From contig OZ059899.1 of the NCBI GenBank assembly GCA_964057225.1, positions 14,322,001-14,386,000 of the forward strand: a DNA stretch of 64,000 bases. Direction: 5' to 3'. Shown piece after piece: positions 59,670 to 64,000 of the stretch. Position numbers and translations under genes: made by a program. Position 1 is the stretch's first letter, and every line of letters starts with the position of its first letter. The notes beneath the pieces are model-generated. The model did not search any database and was not told the origin of the DNA. It saw nothing but the letters and a program-made list of their open reading frames with translations. This DNA is from Auanema rhodensis (Eukaryota; Animalia; Nematoda).

Positions 59670-60110
59670 GTCGTTGTCATAGTACCTGAAAAATCAAAAT
59701 TGTGAATGAAGCTAAGGAGAAAGGTAAACGGAAAAGCATCAATATCAACCGATTCACAGAGAAAATCCAAATAAAATGAACAAAAAAAAATTTCTGATTT
59801 CAAAATTAATTAGAATTTGACGTCAAAACGTCAAACGCTATTGGTTGACGATGAAGACGAACGTCGAGAGATTTTTGAGTTGAAGGCATACTTTGAATAA
59901 AGCGTTTGTTTCAAAAATATAAAAAGGATAAATAGTTGAAAGATTAAAAGTATAATATAAGGAGAAATTGTGAGAAAACTTTATAAAACAATAGATTTTT
60001 AACTATATGACATAAATTGAAAAAAGTTATATTCTGTCTTGAGTTGTTCACTCTTTTTCTTTTCTTTGAAAAGTATATTATAAAATTTTTATAAATTAGA
60101 TATAATATAT

Positions 60111-60150
<40 letters not shown>

Positions 60151-63100
60151 AAAATGAAGTAAAGTAGGATAAGATGGAAAAAAAACTTTGTAACGACATC
60201 AAATATTTAAGATTTTTGTTATAAAACGCATCGAAATACATATGAACCCATGGGGATATGCTGAAAGACGAAGATGTGAGCCAGGCTGAATATGGCATCA
60301 GTCCAGTCCAATTTCAAAAAAATAAAATCATTAATGAGCTTGAAGTTGATGATGACTATGATGATAAGTAAGCATCTTTTGAGAATTTTCTTCAATTGTC
60401 TTCTTACGCATTTGGCATAAACAGCAATAATAACAACAAAAACAATAATAATAATAAACAACAAACGGATGCAGTTGCCGGTATGATGACGAATGCTACA
60501 TGTATGGCATCGTTATCATATTGACAGACAATGAAACTAGCTAGCTACCACCAGCTAAGCATGTAGACACATCTTTTCATTTTTTTCTTTTCATTTTTTC
60601 AGTTTTAAGATGAAATTTTAAGGCAAATACTTCATTTCAATTCCGTTTTGGAAGGGATGAACGAGTGACATAGTAGTCATGATGATGATCATCATCATCA
60701 TCGTCATCATCATTTCGTTTGCTTCATTCTTTTTTCATTTTACTTGTATTAAGTTGACTGACTTGATCTAGAAAATCCAACAGACTTAATCCATGAGATA
60801 CATACAGAGAGAGAGAGAAAGAGAAAGAGAGAGAGAGAGAATGCCAAGACAGCACACAAGAATTGGATGAAACTATGCTTTGATGAAACAAACGTTTATG
60901 TTAATATTACTATACCATATCATATTAGGTTTGTATGAATATAAACTTGAAACTGATGTATGAACACAAGAATAGATCTGTTAATTTCTTCGTTTGTTCC
61001 GTTTCAAAATATTCTATTTGTAATATAAAAAGAAATATTATGCGAAAACGCTGATTAGATATGCAGTTACTCAGACGAGAAAGGACATCTTGGTTCAGAA
61101 TGAGAGATAGAGAGGGAGAGAAAGAATAGAACTTAACTTAGCAGATTGGTCCAAAAAGCTATTTTCTATGATCAGAAAACATAAAATTGATCTCTAATTG
61201 GAATAATCCATAATTCAGTTGTCGCATATGCCTTGCTTGAAGGAGTAGCGAGTAGTGCTGATGGTGGTGATGGTGTTGGTAGTAGTGGTAGTGCGAGATA
61301 GAAAGGAAAGCATTTATTGTGAAATTGAATAAAAGTTTTTTTTCGCTTTATACAGCTTCTTCGTCTTATTCGCCTTTTTACTCGGTTTTTTCCTCTCTAG
61401 CCTTTTTGGCGCCATGCAACTTAACAGAACATGAGGAGTTACAGCAACATTCATATGTCACGTCACCAGCAACATGCATAGGGTGTTGCACAGGGTGTAT
61501 GTGAAGAAAGAGCAAGATTCCAATTCATATGATGCTGTTCTGGCTGTGATACTTCTTTAAATCGTAATTAGGCAAACTTGAGCAGATGTGCCCTCTGGGC
61601 AAGAGCTTGAGTGGTCCTGCTGCTCTGAGATCTCATAAGACGTAAATGCAAATTTTAATACCTATTTGAATGAATATGGACGGGAGAATGAAGAAGAACA
61701 AGATCTTTCGTTAAGGAAGTCGGAGAGTACATATACAGCCTCAGGGCATGTCCAGCTGCTTTAGCCTGATGGATAAGCTTGTTTGTTCTTAGTAACCTTC
61801 TCGAAAAGATGACAAGTACTATGAAATTGTAGAATGAAAAGACACGCAGGACTGAGAGAGAGTGAGAGATAGAACAAGACAGAGGGAGGTGGTGATTTCC
61901 AGAACTTTAAAATTGAGGAAGATCAAAAAGGAGTAAAAGGAAAGAGAATGAGTAGGTGGAGAAGGAGGGGAGAAGCAGAAGAGAAAGCTTAAATCAAGAA
62001 AGACTAGGAGACATGTGAATGCCATAAACGTTTATATTAAAGATAATATATTATAATAATAATATAAATAAGGTTTAACTATATCATATGATATAGAAAT
62101 AAAATTAAAAATTGAAATATACATCATGAGATCATCTGAAAAATATAGCTGAGAATGAAAACGTTTTCAATAGGACTAAAGATATAAACTCAATCCGAGT
62201 TGATGCAATTTGCCACCCTCTCGCACTTACTCCATAGAACTTGAATGTCTTTACGATTGAAAAGTCGAATAAATTTAAAATATTTAGAAGAAAAATGCTT
62301 ATGAAAATCAAAAATTTACAATGTGTGCTTATGAATATACATATAATTAGTGAAAGAATTATCGGAAAATGACGATTGAGCGGTAATTGATGAAACATTA
62401 TATGAATGGATGTTAATCTGTTGATAAGCAAAAGCAAAATTTAAAAAGGAAATTGTTGAAAATGCATGTAAAAAAGAAAAAAAAGGCCGGAATTTGCATT
62501 GTAAGCAACAAGTAGTAGAGAAGGAAAAGCTGATGACGACAACGACTAACATGCTGATGATGATGAGTATGGAGAAGTTCAAGATGATGAAGTTGTAAGC
62601 TTTAATTCAACTTAAAGTAAGCTCAATATTTCGAGTTCTAATCAACATCACAACAACATATTTCCAAGACAATGAAATAGGAAATGAAGCTGAGTTGCCA
62701 AAAAGTTTTTGGAACATCTGGATACAAGGTTGAGTAGATGAGGCATGATTCAGTTATGATAAATGAAATATACATATGTACATCTGTATACTTTTATAAT
62801 CAAAAAAAAGTAAAAATAAATAGAGAAAGAGGGAGAATAGAGAGAGGGACAGAGAGAAGGAGAGAGAGAGAGAAAACTGAAGGTGGCGGTGCTAAGGGGT
62901 GAGGGAGGGAAGACAAGATGTTGAATGAACAGATGAAAAAGCTCATAAGGACCTTCTTTATTTATGCAATTATTCTCCTTCTGCTTAGCTATACTCTTCT
63001 TATATTTAGCTCCCCGAAGGGCTTTTCTGGGTTGGTCTGAGCTTATATGATGAGCTTGTGGTACGAGTTCATCCGAACCATATAAACATATGTATGCATA

Positions 63101-63807
63101 GTTTGACAATATGATCAAATTATAAATTTAAATTTATGAAAGAAAAGCCTTAACTATATGATATAGTTAATATTCAGATGACATTGCTTATATGAAGATA
63201 TCAATCGTAGATATGAATATCATGATTACATAGAAGTAAAAGGAAAATAAGTGAGAACTGGTTGCAAAGTCAAATCATGAAGTTCTAAGGCTAACCTTTC
63301 AAAAACAAAGATGTTCGAACACGAAATAACTGAATAATTAAGTCAAAATGACATTGTGAGATAGAATTATTAAGATAAACTATGTGAAAATTGGAAACGA
63401 ATTATATTAAGAAGAGAAATTATAAGATCAAATCAGCTATCATCGTTGAAAAAAATCTCTAAAACGAGAAAATAAAAAGGTTATATTGAACACAATACAT
63501 AAAACGCACACACATATATACACACATACACAAAACATTAAATCTAAAAAGAGGAATACACAATAAGGAATAAAAGGAAAACGAGGGAAAGAGAGAGAGA
63601 AAAAGTGAAAAAGAGAGAGAGAGATAGAGAAAGAGAAAAAGAGAGAGAGGGAGGTCGCCAAAATGGCAACAGAGAATGAAATTCTAGGGAAGAAAACTGC
63701 TCCGAGTCGATTGAATTACCGGTTGTTAACATATCAATTGAGCACACAACGACTTAGCTTGTAAACCGACAACATAACATAGTTCTGAGAAGAAGGGAAT
63801 ACGTTCA

Positions 63808-63823
63808 GAGAGAGAGAGAGAGT

Positions 63824-63890
<67 letters not shown>
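63808..63890. repeat. Imperfect (GA)n microsatellite
   Basis: About 80 bp of GA with a few interruptions. Confidence 0.9.
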
Positions 63891-64000
63891 GTTGATATGG
63901 AGCAAGAAGAGAAATAAGGAGAAAGAGATTACTAGAGGCGGGTAAGAAGTAGAGGTCAGAGAATGAATTTGAAAACTAAAAAAGAGAAAAAGCAGCGTCA

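Noticed and set aside
61540-61551. TATCACAGCCAG (miR-2-family 5' end) on the minus strand
   Set aside because: The 3' part diverges and there is no complementary arm for a precursor hairpin.

Overview
Eukaryotic, AT-rich nematode (rhabditid-like) genomic DNA: very short (about 40-60 nt) GT-AG introns, TTTTCAG/TTTAG acceptors and many (GA)n/(TA)n microsatellites. Splicing the exons by hand gives six recognisable genes: the 5' half of the Nemo-like kinase lit-1 (minus strand, running off the left edge, followed by about 23 kb of probable upstream/intronic regulatory DNA), a vesicular glutamate transporter of the vglu-2/vglu-3 type (minus), the PAN2 deadenylase (minus) head-to-head with EF-1alpha (plus), the golgin CCDC186/cccp-1 (plus) and a TRPC channel trp-2 (minus). 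Three small orphan membrane-protein genes are also plausible. I see no tRNA, rRNA, transposase, CRISPR or telomeric array. The most interesting signals lie below ORF level: (1) a Nab2/ZC3H14-type CCCH finger, split by an intron, inside the PAN2 pseudo-protease domain; (2) a probable non-AG (GT-GG) first intron in PAN2; (3) an EF-1alpha 5' UTR that can pair with the SL1 leader; (4) duplicated exons, microexons and a truncating exon in trp-2 and a GC-donor microexon in cccp-1; (5) tiny uORFs whose stops overlap the main AUG in two genes; (6) a 21-bp hairpin inside an orphan gene's coding exon. Orthology calls rest on my recall of C. elegans proteins, not on a search.
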